In this document: positions 1-13,609 of the stretch, in pieces
Layout of the letters: every line of letters starts with the position of its first letter
How positions within the stretch are numbered: position 1 is the stretch's first letter
Assembly: GCA_964016885.1 (NCBI GenBank)
Contig: OZ024743.1
Coordinates: forward strand, 285,510,001 to 285,574,000
Source: Eledone cirrhosa
Taxonomy: Eukaryota
DNA length: 64,000 nucleotides
Direction: 5' to 3'
The notes under the pieces: model-generated
The model's database searches: none
What the model saw: only the letters and a program-made list of their open reading frames with translations
What the model was told of the DNA's origin: nothing
Position numbers and translations under genes: made by a program

Positions 1-235
1 GCATTATAATAGAAATAATCACCCTGACGGTGTGATTAAACAATACCAAAATCAATGAAAATAATATATTGACATTAAAAAAATATCTAAAAATTCATCC
101 TACGTATCATGTAAAGTCAACTAAATGTGTATAAAAATATAATGTATTTCACAGGGTAAAAAATAATAATAATACCATATAATAATATAAAGTCCGGTGG
201 AAAAATATATATAAATATATATATATATATATAAA

Positions 236-319
<84 letters not shown>

Positions 320-373
320 CGTTTCTGAATTTGTTTAGCAAGATTCTTTATCTGAAATCGTGTGTTGAAACCG

Positions 374-467
374 ATATTGTTATACTTTGGGAGGGTCATG
401 TTGCCAATAAGAAACACACGCACTGGTGCGTGTGTTTCTTATTGGCAACATGACCCTCCCAAAGTAT

Positions 468-475
<8 letters not shown>
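374..475. repeat. Perfect fold-back palindrome (50-bp arms, 2-nt loop) ending in (TA)n
   Basis: atattgttatactttgggagggtcatgttgccaataagaaacacacgcac-tg-gtgcgtgtgtttcttattggcaacatgaccctcccaaagtataacaatat. Confidence 0.95.
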
Positions 476-505
<30 letters not shown>

Positions 506-514
<9 letters not shown>

Positions 515-689
515 GTAGAAAAGATAACACATGAGAGAGAGAGAGTGTGTGTTTATCAATGTAAAGGGAAAACCACCAGTGTATGGAATCTATAAACTAG
601 CTTATAGATTCCATACACTGGTGGTTTTCCCTGTACATTGATAAACACACACTCTCTCTCTCTCGTGTTATCTTTTCTACATATTATAT
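506..689. repeat. Near-perfect fold-back palindrome (~90-bp arms) starting in (TA)n
   Basis: gtagaaaagataacac...accaccagtgtatggaatctataa / ttatagattccatacactggtggt...gtgttatcttttctac; centre actagc at 596-601; few mismatches. Confidence 0.93.
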
Positions 690-1003
690 TTGAAGAGCCC
701 AGGATTCTTTCTCCTTTGAGCTCATAATTTACAGGGAGTAACGCGAGCCTATGACTCCGTTAATTTATTTTGATATATATATATATATAGTCACAGTTAC
801 ACAGTCCCGATTAAACTCTGTACTGTATATGTACAGATATAAAGTTAACTAACATTGTGTCTAAAGGGATAATAGTTATAATTTCAGATACTTAAGAATT
901 TGTTTCCACATTTCCTGTAGGTTTATGTAATGTTACAGATATGTTATCAGAGTATCTTGGTCAGCATATGAACTTTCAGCCAACCCTCATATACACACAT
1001 ACA

Positions 1004-1165
1004 CAGGGCCTCCTAGAGAAATTTTGCAAGGCAGTACAAGACCACTTTGAGCCTGAAGCAGGCAAAGATTTTTCTCAAAATGTATGTTGCATGGTTGCAG
1101 TGGGGCCTTCTTAGCTCTTGGGCCCCAGAACAATGTACCAGCTGGACCCCCTCTCATAGGCCTTG
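1004..1165. mobile_element. hAT-type MITE
   Basis: Imperfect TIRs cagggcctcctagag / ctctcataggccttg; perfect 8-bp TSD CACATACA at 996-1003 and 1166-1173 (8-bp TSD is typical of hAT). Confidence 0.75.
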
Positions 1166-1766
1166 CACATACATATATACATACTTGCATGTCCATACAC
1201 ACACATTCACATATGCACACACACATGCATACACATGCATACACTCACACAGATGCACATGTTGATGGTGACAAAAAAAAGAGGCACTCAATACCAATGC
1301 GGTAGAGTGAAGATTATTATGCATTAAGTATGTTACAGTCATTATACCAAAATCTTGAGTTTCCAAGGTCCAGAGTGTGTTTGAAACCATTTATCAGTTG
1401 TCTAACTCAAGGCTATTAACAAACAGACCTCAAGATATCTTCCAAGATTCCATTTATATCTTGTGTGACATGGGATTTTAAATTTATCTCTTTTTTTCTG
1501 AATAGAGAAATAACTGTTGTTTAGGCTAATAAAAGGTATTTCTTTTTCATCACTTAAATGTATATAATAATAAATTATGTTTATAATAAGATGGTTTGAC
1601 ATTAATAATGCATAAATTAATTAGTAAAATTAATAAAATAAATAAACTTATATTCAAAATCATAGGTTATAGATGAGGAAATAAAGTAAAAAGCAATAAA
1701 ACTAATAAAAAACAAAAACAAAATACAAATAACAGAAATAAAATAGGCACACACACACACACACAC

Positions 1767-1817
<51 letters not shown>

Positions 1818-2091
1818 CACACACACATACACACACATTCATACATACATGCACATACACGCACACACACAACACACACATATATATATATAGTGGTGAA
1901 TTGTCAGAGTCACTAGTGTCAGAAGGAATACCCTGTGATATTTGCTTCAGGTTTTCTGTGCTCTGAGTTCAAGTCCTGCATAGACTGGGTAAACTTACAA
2001 CTAGTGTAGAAAAGCTGGTAATGACATACTGGGGCTTCATCCACCAATAGATGGAAAATGGCCAAATGGATAGAAATATATAAACATTAAG

Positions 2092-2421
2092 ACAGTACAG
2101 CTCCCATGACTTTCAGGAACATTTTTTTTACGTTCAGAGTTGCTGAAGCATGGAACAAACTACCTGCATTAGTTGTTAGCTGTCAGGACACTGCATCCTT
2201 CAAAGCTTCCATGCTTCCCAAAATTCACCAACACTACACCTGATATTCCCCCTCCATACACACGTATGTATGTATATGTGTGTATGTATATATATATCAT
2301 GACTCATACACTGTTCACTTTCCTGACATTTGTACATTATTCTATATACTATACATGCATCTTTAATGAGTTGTAGTGCACCTGAGCACAGTACACAATA
2401 ATTTTCATTATTATTATTATT
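2092..2421 (+). mobile_element. CR1-clade LINE 3' end fragment
   Basis: Matches 13025-13318 and the reverse of 46945-47435; encodes FF.RVAEAWNKLP; ends gtgcacctgagcac hairpin plus (ATT)n. Confidence 0.85.
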
Positions 2422-2531
2422 TAACTTTGACTTTGCCTTTCATCCTTACGGGGTCGATAAAATAAAGTACCAGTAATGCACTGGGTAATTGCTGGCCTTG
2501 TGCCTAAAGTAGAAACAATTATTATTATTAT
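2421..2531 (+). mobile_element. 5'-truncated tRNA-derived SINE (family 1)
   Basis: ctttgcctttcatccttacggggtcgataaaataaagtaccag...gtagaaacaattattatt matches the 3' half of 13320-13521. Confidence 0.85.
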
Positions 2532-3333
2532 TTAAGTGAAATATAATATTGGGATGTCAAGCTTACTAATGACATTCCTGCTATTCTCAAAAATACATGG
2601 GGGTAGGACAATAAACAACAAATATTTAAATATTCCACTAACTACTACAATGTAATGGCAACGGAAGCCCAAGCTTGAAAAAAAGGGAAAAAAACTCGTC
2701 ATATTTTGTAAGCTTCCCATAATCAAAGAAATCCATTAAAGGGTGATCAATTCTCTTCCTTTCGGAGGGTGAGGAAATAAAAATTTAGATGTTTGTAACT
2801 TTTCCAGGAACTTTAATAAAGTATGTGAAATATCAATCATTTGAATTCATAGCTGGATTGCAGGCTCCATTCCCCAACAGTTTACCAATTGTGCTACTAT
2901 ACTCTCCATTTGTGAAACAACAAAGTAAAGAATGAAAATATGTCAGCAAAGGGCCTTAAACTGCAAGGTGTAGTAACCAAATGGCTCCACCGCCACCACC
3001 ACCAACAACAAAACTAACAACAACACCACCACTTCCACCACCATCACCACCACTGCCACTGCTAACACCAAATCTCTTACTACCACCAAATTACACAATA
3101 CTGTCTAAAAAATGGAAAGACATTTTGTATAATATAGGTACACAGTGCACCTCAAAATGACAGGATGCTCATATTGAGAGCCTTTGATCATAGGTGTTCT
3201 TAATCATGGCTGACAAGGGACTAAATAACAACAACAACAAAGGGAAATACCTACAACTGGAATTTGAAATCATGTCACACACTTGTTTCACCAGGAAAAT
3301 TTCTTCTCTACATTGTTTACCAAAGCTTTATTA

Positions 3334-3570
3334 TTACATCGCTGTGATGCCATCTAGCTTTTTGCTCTCCCCTCCGTCTAACTCCACCAGTTTGAGCTGC
3401 AATGGGAAGCCAGCAGCAACCAGACCATGCTTAATGATCTCATTGAGAGCAGCATGGAATGGGAAGTAACTGGCAATTAGGTGGCATGTGAGCAAATGAA
3501 GGCTAAAAGTATCTATTATGGATCTGCAGCAGCATTTGTGTTGCTTGCAGATCCAGGAGTCAAGCCTCTC
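3334..3570 (-). pseudogene. Relic of an RLE-type (CRE/NeSL/R2-like) non-LTR retrotransposon: C-terminal zinc knuckle plus start of the restriction-like endonuclease
   Basis: Translation CCCRSIIDTFSLHLLTC...FPFHAALNEIIKHGLVAAGFPLQLKLVELDGGESKKLDGIT resembles the CxC..H.L.C..RH..LN..II...EP.GL...DGKRPDG.T motif of RLE LINEs (recognised by eye). Confidence 0.65.
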
Positions 3571-3909
3571 TCTATATATATTTAGAATATATATTTCAAC
3601 AGTCATATTCATATGTTTAATAAATATATATTTATTTAGTCTCCCTGTAAAGGTAAGTAATCAAACATGGATGGGCATTTAATGAGACATGAAACTAGCT
3701 GGTTTGATCATTGTTCCAAGCTGCCAATAGACCTATGTGACCCCTGGGACTACTTTTACAGCAAGAGTGAATATATGTTTGACATTTGAAATGTAGTTGC
3801 TCCAATGGAAATGATTATAAATAATAGTTGATCAATATAAATAATAGTTGATAAAATCGAGTAAATAACCGAAAAAAGAGAACAGCGGTAACTATTATTA
3901 TAGTTATTT

Positions 3910-4258
3910 GGAGGCACATGGCTTAGTGGTTAGAGCATTGGCCTTGCAATCGAAAGGTTGTGAGTTCAATTCTCAGACCGGGTGATGTGTTGTTTCCTTG
4001 AGCAAGACACTTTATTTCACATTGCTCCAGTTTACTCAGCTGTAGAAATGAGATGATAGAGACCGGGGTCCCTATCATTCCACTACAAAGTGGTCGTGTA
4101 GGTGCCATGGAAAAAAAAGCACCCAGCACTCACTGTAAATGAGGTTGGTGTTAGGAAGGGCATCCAGCTGTAGAAATCAAGCCAGAATCAGTTCCCGTCC
4201 CACCCTTGCAAGCAGGGAAAAGCGGATAAAATAATGATGATGATGATGATGATGATGA
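3910..4258 (+). mobile_element. tRNA-derived SINE (family 2) with RTE-derived 3' end
   Basis: A-box tggcttagtgg, B-box gagttcaattc, central tccttgagcaagacact, 3' region shared with the RTE 3'UTR (gttaggaagggcatccagctgtagaaa), (TGA)n tail. Confidence 0.85.
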
Positions 4259-4269
4259 TATATATATAT

Positions 4270-4537
4270 ATCATCATCATCATCATCATCGTTTAACGTC
4301 CATCTTCCACGCTTGCATGGGTTTGGACGGGAGTTTTCCCACTTGAGGCAAGATTGGTTGTCTTGCTCGTATAGGACTGACTGTCTGGCGGGTTTTCTAC
4401 GGCTGGATGCCCTTCCTAACACCAACTACGTTTACAGTGTGGACTGGGAGGTTTTTTACTGTGTTACCTACACGGCCACATTACAGCGTGGACTGCGTGT
4501 TTTTTTTTCGTGACACCTACACGACCTCATTTATTTC
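4270..4537 (-). mobile_element. RTE LINE 3' end fragment, tail-to-tail with the preceding SINE
   Basis: Reverse complement of 11640-11890; (CAT)n tail. Confidence 0.85.
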
Positions 4538-5400
4538 ATATATATATATATATATATTCATAAGCTACAGTATTTTGATATTCTATATTTTGATATTCTA
4601 TATTAATGTCTTATTTCAGAATTCGTTATCCTCCATATAATGAGAGAAACTACCGCAGACTACAGTGGGTGCTGAGGAAATCTCTCAGAAGAGGTACTCT
4701 CACTATTTTTTTTTTTTTTTTCATACTTAAATCTCTTAATGTTTTACTTGTTTTATGGTGGCAAACTGATAAAGATACTTAGAGCACCAAAATAAATGTA
4801 CACTTAATTTTTTCTACACCTAAGTTCACCTTGCTATCAGGAATAGGTAATAGGTTAACTGGAGATTAACTGGGTTAACTAATACAGGTTGGCATCATAC
4901 ATTACAGAGTTATCTCTCATGCACGTAACACTTTTGTTACCATATTTCTAATGAGATACACTGCTTATATATTTTCAATTAGTTTTGAAAATGAAAAAAA
5001 ATATTTGGAGGTATTCATAAAAACTAACTTTGTTAGTAAAGTGGTGTTAGGAACACCCCTTGTGGCATGTTATAGAATGTGCACCTCTTCTACTTTTTTC
5101 CTCTTTTTTTTTTTTAATATATGATTTTTCTTTTTTTGTATATGAACTGTGTTTAACAAAATATTCTGAGATAAAATTAATTTAAATATAACCCTTTCCT
5201 AGCTGGGAAAATAAACATTAAATGATGATGGTGAGCATTTTAAAATGGGTGGTTTTATACCATCAAACTTCAGGCCATTTTGGGCAGGTTGGTATCAAAG
5301 GGGTTAATGATATAAAGCAGTCATCCTTAAAAGCCTTTTGGAACTTAAAAGGCTTTTATATTTACAATTTGCATCCAAGATGAAGCGTAGTTCTGTATTT

Positions 5401-5590
5401 CACACACACACATATATAAGCATGCATGCATACACACACGTGCACACATATACACACATGCACACATGTACACACATGCACCCATATACACACATGCACA
5501 CATGTACACACATGCACCCATATACACACATGCACACATGTACACACATGCACCCATATACACACATGCACACATATACACACATGCAAA
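5401..5590. repeat. CA-rich minisatellite, 36-bp unit cacccatatacacacatgcacacatgtacacacatg
   Basis: About three exact units plus degenerate edges. Confidence 0.85.
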
Positions 5591-7360
5591 CATATTTGAC
5601 AGTAATAAAAAAAAATTCATCAAACTGATAGTTAAACCTTGAAATTCTGACACTCCACAACTACCAATCCCTTACTACGAGAGGACCTAAAATGTGTCAT
5701 TCCTTTCTTTCAAACCAACTAATAAAACAACTTATTTACAGCTGGGCCAAGAAATAGCTGACAAATTTGGTTCATACTTATTTTATTGACCTTAAAAAGA
5801 TGAAAAGTAAAGTTAACTCTGATGAGATTTAGATTAAAAACAAAGGAACCAGAAAAAGAGCTTTAATCTGTATTTGAATATTGGTTCTTTATGAAACTTA
5901 AATTTTAAAAAATCATATATAGATATATTACAAGAGAGCCTCTAACTGGTTGCTCAGTCTATTGGAATAGCAGCCAAATCTTTCAAATTACACTCTACCA
6001 TCTTAAAAAAGGAAGGACACATTGGATAATGCAGACTATGAAAAATAGTGAAACAAATTGAGCATACAAATCCTTAGAAACAGAAAAAGGTGACAATATT
6101 GTCTATGGGAATCAAACTGCCATATGTCAGATGGCTGACTTGTTAAAACCTGTATTGTACCAACTTAAAATGCACTAACATATTTTCAAAATTCAAATTT
6201 ACTTAGTACTTCATAAAAAGATTGATATATATTATGTTTGTCTTTTCACAGGACACTGATCATTAACACGAAAAGAAGTATCCGCACATGAAGATTTACA
6301 TCAAAAATGAAATTTAATTCTTCTACTTTTAATAGTTTATGTATTTATTTAATGATTTATTAATCTGTTTTACTTATTTTCTAATCCTTATTGAGAGATA
6401 ACTATAAGCTTTCTTCAACCAATAATTTTTTTGTTAAATAGTCCAAGTAAAAAAGAAAACGTTGACATTTTTTAGACTGAAACACAGAGATAAGGTAATG
6501 TTAGAGTGGTAAATGTTCAATTTAGATAGTTCTTTATTAATTATATGCAATAACATTTCTACCAACTTTCGGATAAAAAGCATGGCATAGCTTCAGTAAT
6601 GAATTCTTATCGAGTAGAAAAAAGATTTATCATATCCCTAGTATTAAACTCAGATTCAGAACATTTAAAAATGGCCATAAGAAATTTTTCTAGAAAATAG
6701 TTAAAATAATCAATGCTTAGGTGGATTAAGGTGCAATGTAAAATATTTTCTTTTCTTTTTTCAACAGCAATGGTTTATATTCAGGGTGTGCTGCTAACAC
6801 ATTGCTACACTATTCTTATTTATTCCATATTTTCTATATCTTTTTATAAGTATATTATTACACTGTTATTTCAGAGTTGTTGATAGTGAAAATAAAGGGT
6901 TGACTGTATGTGTCTTATCACTGAAATTATATTGTGCCTATGGCTAAGACACATAACTTTTGGTGGTCTAGATCACCTAGCTGGAAATATCTATTAGATC
7001 AAAATGCACCTTTCTTCACAAACAAATAACATAGGTATAACTTGAAGAGATACACTCTTAAATACAATAGGGTTAATCAACTGAAGAAACATTTAAGCAA
7101 GTGAATCTGTTTAATCAGACTTGCAGAGGAAATTTCTATATTAGTTAATTAATAGACTGTCCTTTCTATGTATAATATATTATTTACAAAACAAAGTTAT
7201 AATTTATCTTTCAATAATGTTCAGCACACCTTGTTCCATTACCTGTGGCCAATACTTTACAAAATAAGAATCAAACAAAATGACAAGAAAAGGGTAAAAT
7301 TTATATTTAACATCTTTCATCTCAAATGGTAGACATGATAACTTGCATAAAAGAATTTCT

Positions 7361-7411
7361 ATAATGAAAATTATTGTGTACAGTGCTCAGGTGCACTACA
7401 CCTCATCAAAG

Positions 7412-7416
<5 letters not shown>
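7361..7416 (-). mobile_element. Very short CR1 3' end fragment
   Basis: ataatgaaaattattgtgtacagtgctcaggtgcactaca is the reverse complement of the CR1 terminus. Confidence 0.75.
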
Positions 7417-7450
<34 letters not shown>

Positions 7451-7570
7451 TATATATTTAGCTAAGTACTCACTCAATAGTTGGGAAATTAGAGTGTATG
7501 TTTAGTTACATATAGGGTGTCTTACTAAACTATATGTATGTATAAGTATATATATATATATATATATATA

Positions 7571-7607
<37 letters not shown>

Positions 7608-7729
7608 TATTATATATATATAGGCAAGCGATTAATGATGATCAACTGGTACATTACTTAAAGTTTCACACATACATACTTTGCAGTGGTATGTAGCTCA
7701 GAATAATGTACTCATGGATCATTAACTGT

Positions 7730-8390
<661 letters not shown>

Positions 8391-9332
8391 CTGTTTGAAC
8401 AATACTTGTTTATACAGCCTTGTAGCCAACACAAAATAAACTGAGGTATATAATGAAGAATGAAGTAAAATAAAATGTTGTGAAATTTAAATACAGACTT
8501 TTTCTTAATGAAAAAAACCTTTCATACATAACAAAAAAGAATTTGTGTAAAAGATACAGTTGTAATAAATAAATAAATAAAACATAATTAATGTATCAGA
8601 CATCTGCTTAATGCCAAACTTCAACTAATATGTTCCCTGTTTCTCAGTTACACTTATAGTCCTATATATGTTTTACTCATAATAGTAAAACATATATAGG
8701 GTTATATATGGGTTTATAAGGGGTTTGTGCCAGAAGACATGACAATTTGAGAGAAAATATGGCCATATGTAGGCAAGATGTAGACCCCTCTGCCTGTCTG
8801 AGAGATCAGTAACCCCACTTTAGTATTGAGTTGATCTATGTAGACCCACCCAACTCTTTCTTGCAGGGAAAGCAGACATTAAATGATGATGATGACAGTG
8901 ACAACAACGACGATGATGATGATGGTGATGATGATGATGATGGTGATGGTGGTGGTGGTGGTGGTGGTGGTGGGGTGTAGGTGGGGCGTGTGACGATGAT
9001 GATGATGATGATATGTTTTAGTCATAGTCAACAATATTCTGTTATGCAATGACAAAGTTTTCTATGTTGATTATTATCAGATTTGTAGCTATGATTTTCT
9101 ATCTGTTTCTTTCATTACCTAGAATGAAAACTTTCTCCTAATTCACCAAATTATATAAGAGACAAATATCATATATTTTTCTATATACTGCATATAATGT
9201 GCATATAGAAGTAAAGTGAATGAGTGGATAAGATATACAACTACCTGTTCTTAGAACATGGGTTCAAATCCACTGCAGGAGTTTTGTTGTGTTTCTGCAC
9301 AAAGGCTGTTTATACTAAACTGCCACAGTTTG

Positions 9333-9476
9333 AAGGCACGTGGCTTAGTGGTTATTGAGTTGGATTCGCAATCGTGAGGTTGTGAGTTCAACTCTCGGAC
9401 TGGGTGATGTGTGGTGTCCTTGAGCAAGACACTTTATTACACGTTGTTCTTTCTGCCAAATGATGATGATGATGAT
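9333..9476 (+). mobile_element. SINE family 2, internally truncated copy
   Basis: gaaggcacgtggcttagtggtt...gagttcaactc...gtccttgagcaagacact, then (TGA)n. Confidence 0.75.
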
Positions 9477-9760
9477 ATACACAAAAGAAATAAGTCACCA
9501 AGTTCAACAGTTAATACATTATTTATTTGATCTATGCTCTGTGATTTAAATCTAAGATGGAAGTATACCAGCTGGATTTAATCATGAAATATCTCTTGTT
9601 ATTCTGGATACAAAATAAATCACTTTTGAGCTTTAAATAAATATCTGAACGCATTACTGTTGTTTTATCAACTTATATATATATATATAAGGGCGGTGCC
9701 CCAGCATGGCCTCAGCCGGATGGCTGAAACAGGTAAAAGAGTAAAAGAGTATATATATAT

Positions 9761-11878
9761 ATGAAGTGTCACTACGAAAGGCTACTAAATGAGGAGAATA
9801 AATGGGAGAAAGACAGTCTCCCCCACATCGACCCAATAGAGGGACCAGCAGTGTTAGTCGAAGGTAGTATAATAAGTAAGGCAATCAAAGATATGAAGAC
9901 GGGTAAGGCGGCTGGGCCTTCGGAAATAGTTGCTGAAATGCTGAAAGCTTCTGGAACGGTGGGACACACCATGGTCACCCGGATAGTAAACCAAGTCGTA
10001 CAGAATGGGGTTGTTCCGAAGGACTGGTGTAGCAGCATCATCATTAACTGCTACAAGGGTAAAGGAGATGCCCTAGATAGGAGTAACTATAGAGGCATTA
10101 AATTAATCGACCAAGTCATGAAGGTCACAGAAAAGGAATTGATCTAGATGAAATGCAGTTCGGGTTTGTGTCAGGTAAAAGTACCACAGACGCTCTTTTC
10201 ATTGTATGACAACTACAGGAGAAGTACCTAGCTAAAAGTAAACCCCTATACTTAGCTTTTGTCGACTTGGAGAAAGCCTTCGACAGAGTCCCCCGTTCCA
10301 TTATCTGGTGGGCTCTTAGAAAACTAGGTGTTGATGAATGGCTTGTGAAAGCTATACAAGCCATGTATAAAGAAACAGTCAGCAAGGTTAGAATTAACAA
10401 CGAATATAGTGAAGAGTTTAGCGTAAAAGTTGGTGTTCATCAGGGCTCCGTTCATAGCTCCCTACTATTTATTATTGCCCTTCAGGCTATAACAATGGAG
10501 TTCAAAACTGGCTGCCCATGGGAACTCCTATACACAGAGGATCTAATGCTCATAGCTGAATCAATGGCTGAACTAGAGAAGAAATTCCAAACATGGAAGC
10601 ATGGCCTAGAATCAAAAGGCCTTAAAATTAACCTGTTTAAGACTAAAGTTCTAGTTTGTAGGAAGGAAAATAGGGCACCGGTCCCATCTGGGAAATGGCC
10701 ATGTTCAGTGTGTAGGAAAGGAGTAGGTAGAAACTCCATTTTATGTCCCAAATGCAAAGCATGGGTGCATAAAAGATGTAGTGGGATCACAGGTAAGCTA
10801 ACTAAGAACATAGATTTTATATGTGGCCGGTGCTCTGGTGCAATAAGTAGCAGCAAGTGCCCACAGAATACTAGCAAGTGCCCACAGAATACTAGCTCAT
10901 TCCATTGCACAGATGGTTCTATAGAAATAGTGGACAGCTTCCGTTACCTGGGTGACAAAATCAGCAGTGGGGGAGGGTGCTCTGAAAGTACAGTAGCTAG
11001 AGTCAGAACTGGATGGAAAAAGTTCAGAGAACTTATACCACTATTAGCCGCTAAAGGGTTCTCCCTCAAAATGAAAGGCAGGCTGTATGATGCCTGCATA
11101 CGAACAGCAATGTTACATGGCAGTGAGACCTGGGCATTGTGTGCAGAGGATATATGCAGACTGGAGAGGAACGAAGCTTGCATGCTCCGCTGGATGTGTA
11201 ATAGTAATATACGTGAACGGCAAAGCATAAACGAACTAAGGGAAAAATTAGAAATAAGAGGGATCAGATGTTGTTTACTCGAGAGAAGACTATGTTGGTA
11301 TGGTGACGTGATGCGCATGAAAGACGACAGCTGTATAAAAAAGTGCAGGGCAATAAAAATAGACGGTAGCCACGGAGTAGGCAGACCCAGAAAAACCTGG
11401 GACGACTTGATAAATTCTGACCTCACACACTTACACCTCTCCAAGACAATGTCACTGGACCGAGATCTTTGGCGCTAGACAGTAATAGAGAAGACCCGCC
11501 TTACCTAAGTACAAAGTGAAACCTACTACAGTCAGTAGGCACCTCTAACAAAATACACCCCCGTCCCACTACCCCCACCCCATCCACACCACCCCTTTCA
11601 ATGTAAAGTTATGTTGGTACCACAACATCCAGCCCGAAACAAATGAGGTCGTGTAGGTGTCACGACAAAAAAACACACAGTCCACGCTGTAATGTGGCCG
11701 TGTAGGTAACACGGTAAAAACCTCCCAGTTCCACACTGTAAATGTGGTTGGTGTTAGGAAGGGCATCCAGCTGTAAAAAACCCGCCAGACAGTCCTATGC
11801 GAGCAAGACAACCACACTTGCCTCAAGTGGGAAAACTCCCGTCCAAACCCATGCAAGCGTGGAATATGGACGTTAAAC

Positions 11879-11920
<42 letters not shown>

Positions 11921-11928
11921 CATGATGA
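9761..11928 (+). mobile_element. RTE-clade LINE, 5'-truncated and inactivated (RT with inserted PHD-type finger)
   Basis: NYRGIKL, DLEKAFDRV, GVHQGS, degenerate YADD (YTED), C4HC3 finger CSVC..CPKC..WVHKRC..CGRC, GRPRKTW; stop at 10207 and a deletion near 10135; (GAT)n tail. Confidence 0.93.
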
Positions 11929-12629
11929 TATATATATATATATATATAAAAACAATGAGTTATTTGGTTTGTTGATTATTCAACAAAGTTAATTTTACAA
12001 CAGATTAGAAGCACTCAACAGTTTTATCCAGAGTATCATTAATATCAATAATATTAATAAATGGAAAATATCTTTATAAAACCATATTTATTTTATTATA
12101 CGTATTTCAAGGGTACTAATATTTAAATACGCTTTCGTCAGATAAAATATAATAATTGGTGTTAAGATAGTGACATATCTTCATGAAAACTTAATGTTAT
12201 GAGTTTAGTGAGGATAGGGAATAGAATTGTTCAAAACTCCAGGGAAATATGCTAGTGAGGATAACGTTAAAACTGTAAAGATCCGTTAAGTTTAGACGCT
12301 AGATAAATTTTAAATACTTATTTTAATTTTTTTTAAAAGGTTTTCTATTAAATTTGAAAAAATTATTGTAGAGTTATTTTAGAATTATTTGTAGAAACAC
12401 CCAAAGATATATACATGGGTTTAGAAAGAATGATATAATTATACTTACTTATTTATTTAATTTTTTAAATATATATTTTAAGAATATGGAAGTATTTATA
12501 ATATTTAGATGAGAATTATTAAATGCGGAAATATCCTCTTTATAAATAAATAAATGTTTTGATATTACACTGAAAGAATCTCTTCAGCATATTCTACTGA
12601 AAAAATCTTTTTCCTTTTTACTATTTGTT

Positions 12630-12666
<37 letters not shown>

Positions 12667-12679
12667 TACATACATACAA

Positions 12680-12734
<55 letters not shown>

Positions 12735-12784
12735 GATGGACTGGCATCATGCCCACGGAGGACCCACGGAAACTGGATGAGCCT

Positions 12785-13318
12785 AGAACATTGACCGCCT
12801 GGAAACTGTTCAGAGACGTGCAACCAAGCGAATACCCTCCATCAGGCATCTACCATACTCTGAACGCCTTGCTTCTCTGGGCACGGATACATTGAAACTC
12901 AGACGCCTGGCAACTGACTTGGTAAACACCCACAAAATTATTAACCATCTTGCCAACAACAACCCTGAGCACCTTTTTGATTTCCATGTGTCTAACACAC
13001 GTGGGCATGCCCACAAAGTCAGAAAACAGCACAGCTCCCATGACTTTCGGAAACATTTTTTCACACTCAGAGTTGCTGAAGCATGGAACAAATTACCTGC
13101 ATCAGTTGTTAACTGTTGAGACACTGCATCCTTTAAAACCTCCATGCTTCCTGAGATTCGCCAACACTACACCTAATATCCCCCCTCCACACATGTATTT
13201 CATGACTCGTACACTGTTCATTTTCCTGACATTTATACATTATTCTATATACTATACATGCACCTTTGATGCGTTGTAGTGCACCTGAACACTGTACACA
13301 ATAATTTCATTATTATTA
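12785..13318 (+). mobile_element. CR1-clade LINE 3' fragment
   Basis: TRGHAHK...RKHFFTLRVAEAWNKLP CR1 C-terminal motif; (ATT)n tail. Confidence 0.9.
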
Positions 13319-13319
13319 A

Positions 13320-13521
13320 GGGCGGTGGATTGGCAGTATCGGTAGAGGGTCGGACGCCATGCTTTGACGTATAGAGTTACGGCCCTTGCCCTTCTGAGTT
13401 CAAATCCCGCCGAGGTTAACTTTGCCTTTCATCCTTACGGAGTCGATAAAATAAAGTACCAGTAATGTACTGGGTAATTGCTGGCCTTGTGCCAAAAGTA
13501 GAAACAATTATTATTATTATT
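13320..13521 (+). mobile_element. Full-length tRNA-derived SINE (family 1)
   Basis: A-box tggcagtatcgg, B-box gagttcaaatcc, core gcctttcatccttacggagtcgataaaataaagtacc (resembles the Meta-type SINE central domain, from memory), (ATT)n tail. Confidence 0.88.
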
Positions 13522-13609
13522 AAAGGTTTTGAAAAGGCTTTGTCTTATTTCAATAAAATGAATGCATGCAAGCAAGAAACTTGGAGTAGAGATGGAGTAA
13601 ATTATCAGA

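Noticed and set aside
690-730. Hammerhead-like tgaagagc...gagctcataa next to the palindrome
   Set aside because: Lacks the intact CUGANGA and GAAA core and convincing stems I and III
13320-13410. tRNA-like A/B-box sequences (also 3910, 19272, 45796)
   Set aside because: These are SINE heads joined to SINE bodies, tails and TSDs; no proper cloverleaf
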